From: Myxococcota bacterium
GTDB lineage: Bacteria; Myxococcota_A; Polyangia; Nannocystales; Nannocystaceae
Assembly (NCBI GenBank): GCA_039194325.1
Contig: JBCCWC010000002.1
Span: 64,001 to 128,000, forward strand
Length of the DNA: 64,000 nucleotides
Direction of reading: 5' to 3'
The notes beneath the pieces were generated by a model. The model saw only the letters and a list, made by a program, of their open reading frames with translations, did no database searches and was not told the origin of the DNA. The translations under genes and the position numbers were made by a program. This document shows, in pieces, positions 63,706 to 64,000 of the stretch. Position 1 is the first letter of the stretch. Every line of letters begins with the position of its first letter.

Positions 63706-64000
63706 TTAGGGAGGCGGGGAAGAGGTGGACGCCTGTGCCTTGTGGTCGACCAGCGCCTCGACCGTCAGGTTGCGCGCCAGATCTCGCAGCCAGGCATGGG
63801 CGGGATCGCGATGTGAGCGCTCGTGCCAGGTCATGGTGATCCGAAACGACGCTAACTCGATCGGAGGAGGGAGCAGGCGTATCGAGGCGAAGGTCGCCGC
63901 CTCCTGAGCGAGCGCGCGAGGCAAGGTGGCCACTAGATCCGAGCGCGCCACCATGAAGGGAACGCCCACGAAGTAGGGAGTCCGCAGCATGATGCGTCGC
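63706..64000 (-). CDS. LysR family regulator, C-terminal substrate-binding part (5' end outside window)
   Basis: SDLVATLPRALA...MTWHERSHRDPAHAWLR. Confidence 0.85.
   Translation of the reverse strand, partial: RRIMLRTPYFVGVPFMVARSDLVATLPRALAQEAATFASIRLLPPPIELASFRITMTWHERSHRDPAHAWLRDLARNLTVEALVDHKAQASTSSPPP

Noticed and set aside
1..64000. tRNA, rRNA, transposase, integrase or prophage genes
   Set aside because: No cloverleaf, rRNA-like stretch, or DDE/recombinase/phage motifs recognised by eye; tRNAscan/ISEScan would be needed to be certain

Overview
High-GC (roughly 68-70% by eye) myxobacterial DNA. It is most consistent with a Nannocystaceae-like genome, inferred from the kinase-TPR expansion, a MYXO-CTERM tail and RCC1/LamG lipoproteins. 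About 46 CDSs are supportable. They include a partial YehL/MoxR-type AAA ATPase, GST, RpiB, CutA, a PatA/PatB-like O-acetylation pair, UbiA, a NarK-type transporter, and a maltodextrin set (MalK, LamB-like porin, three lipoprotein GH13 amylases) separated by a ~13 kb block of Ser/Thr kinase, ECF sigma, RCC1 and LamG genes. Further on are a cytochrome c-fused Cu monooxygenase, an FHA-TPR protein, Mini-RNase III, a desaturase, a K+ channel, a steroid 5-alpha-reductase-like protein, a Nudix hydrolase, MarR, PyrB and a partial LysR. I saw no rRNA, tRNA, CRISPR array or transposase. The most interesting unexplained signals are: (1) a ~600 nt U-rich, internally repetitive, apparently non-coding unit between a sigma54 promoter motif (56892) and a perfect 15-bp hairpin (57482-57516); (2) a ~120 nt minus-strand sRNA candidate with repeated ACUCC motifs (59062-59207); (3) a small lipoprotein with repeated N-P/T-G/A-P motifs coupled to a ferritin-like diiron enzyme (9158-10396); (4) a 42-bp tandem array near an uncharacterised helical protein gene. 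Functional calls come from motifs read by eye, and no database searches were run.
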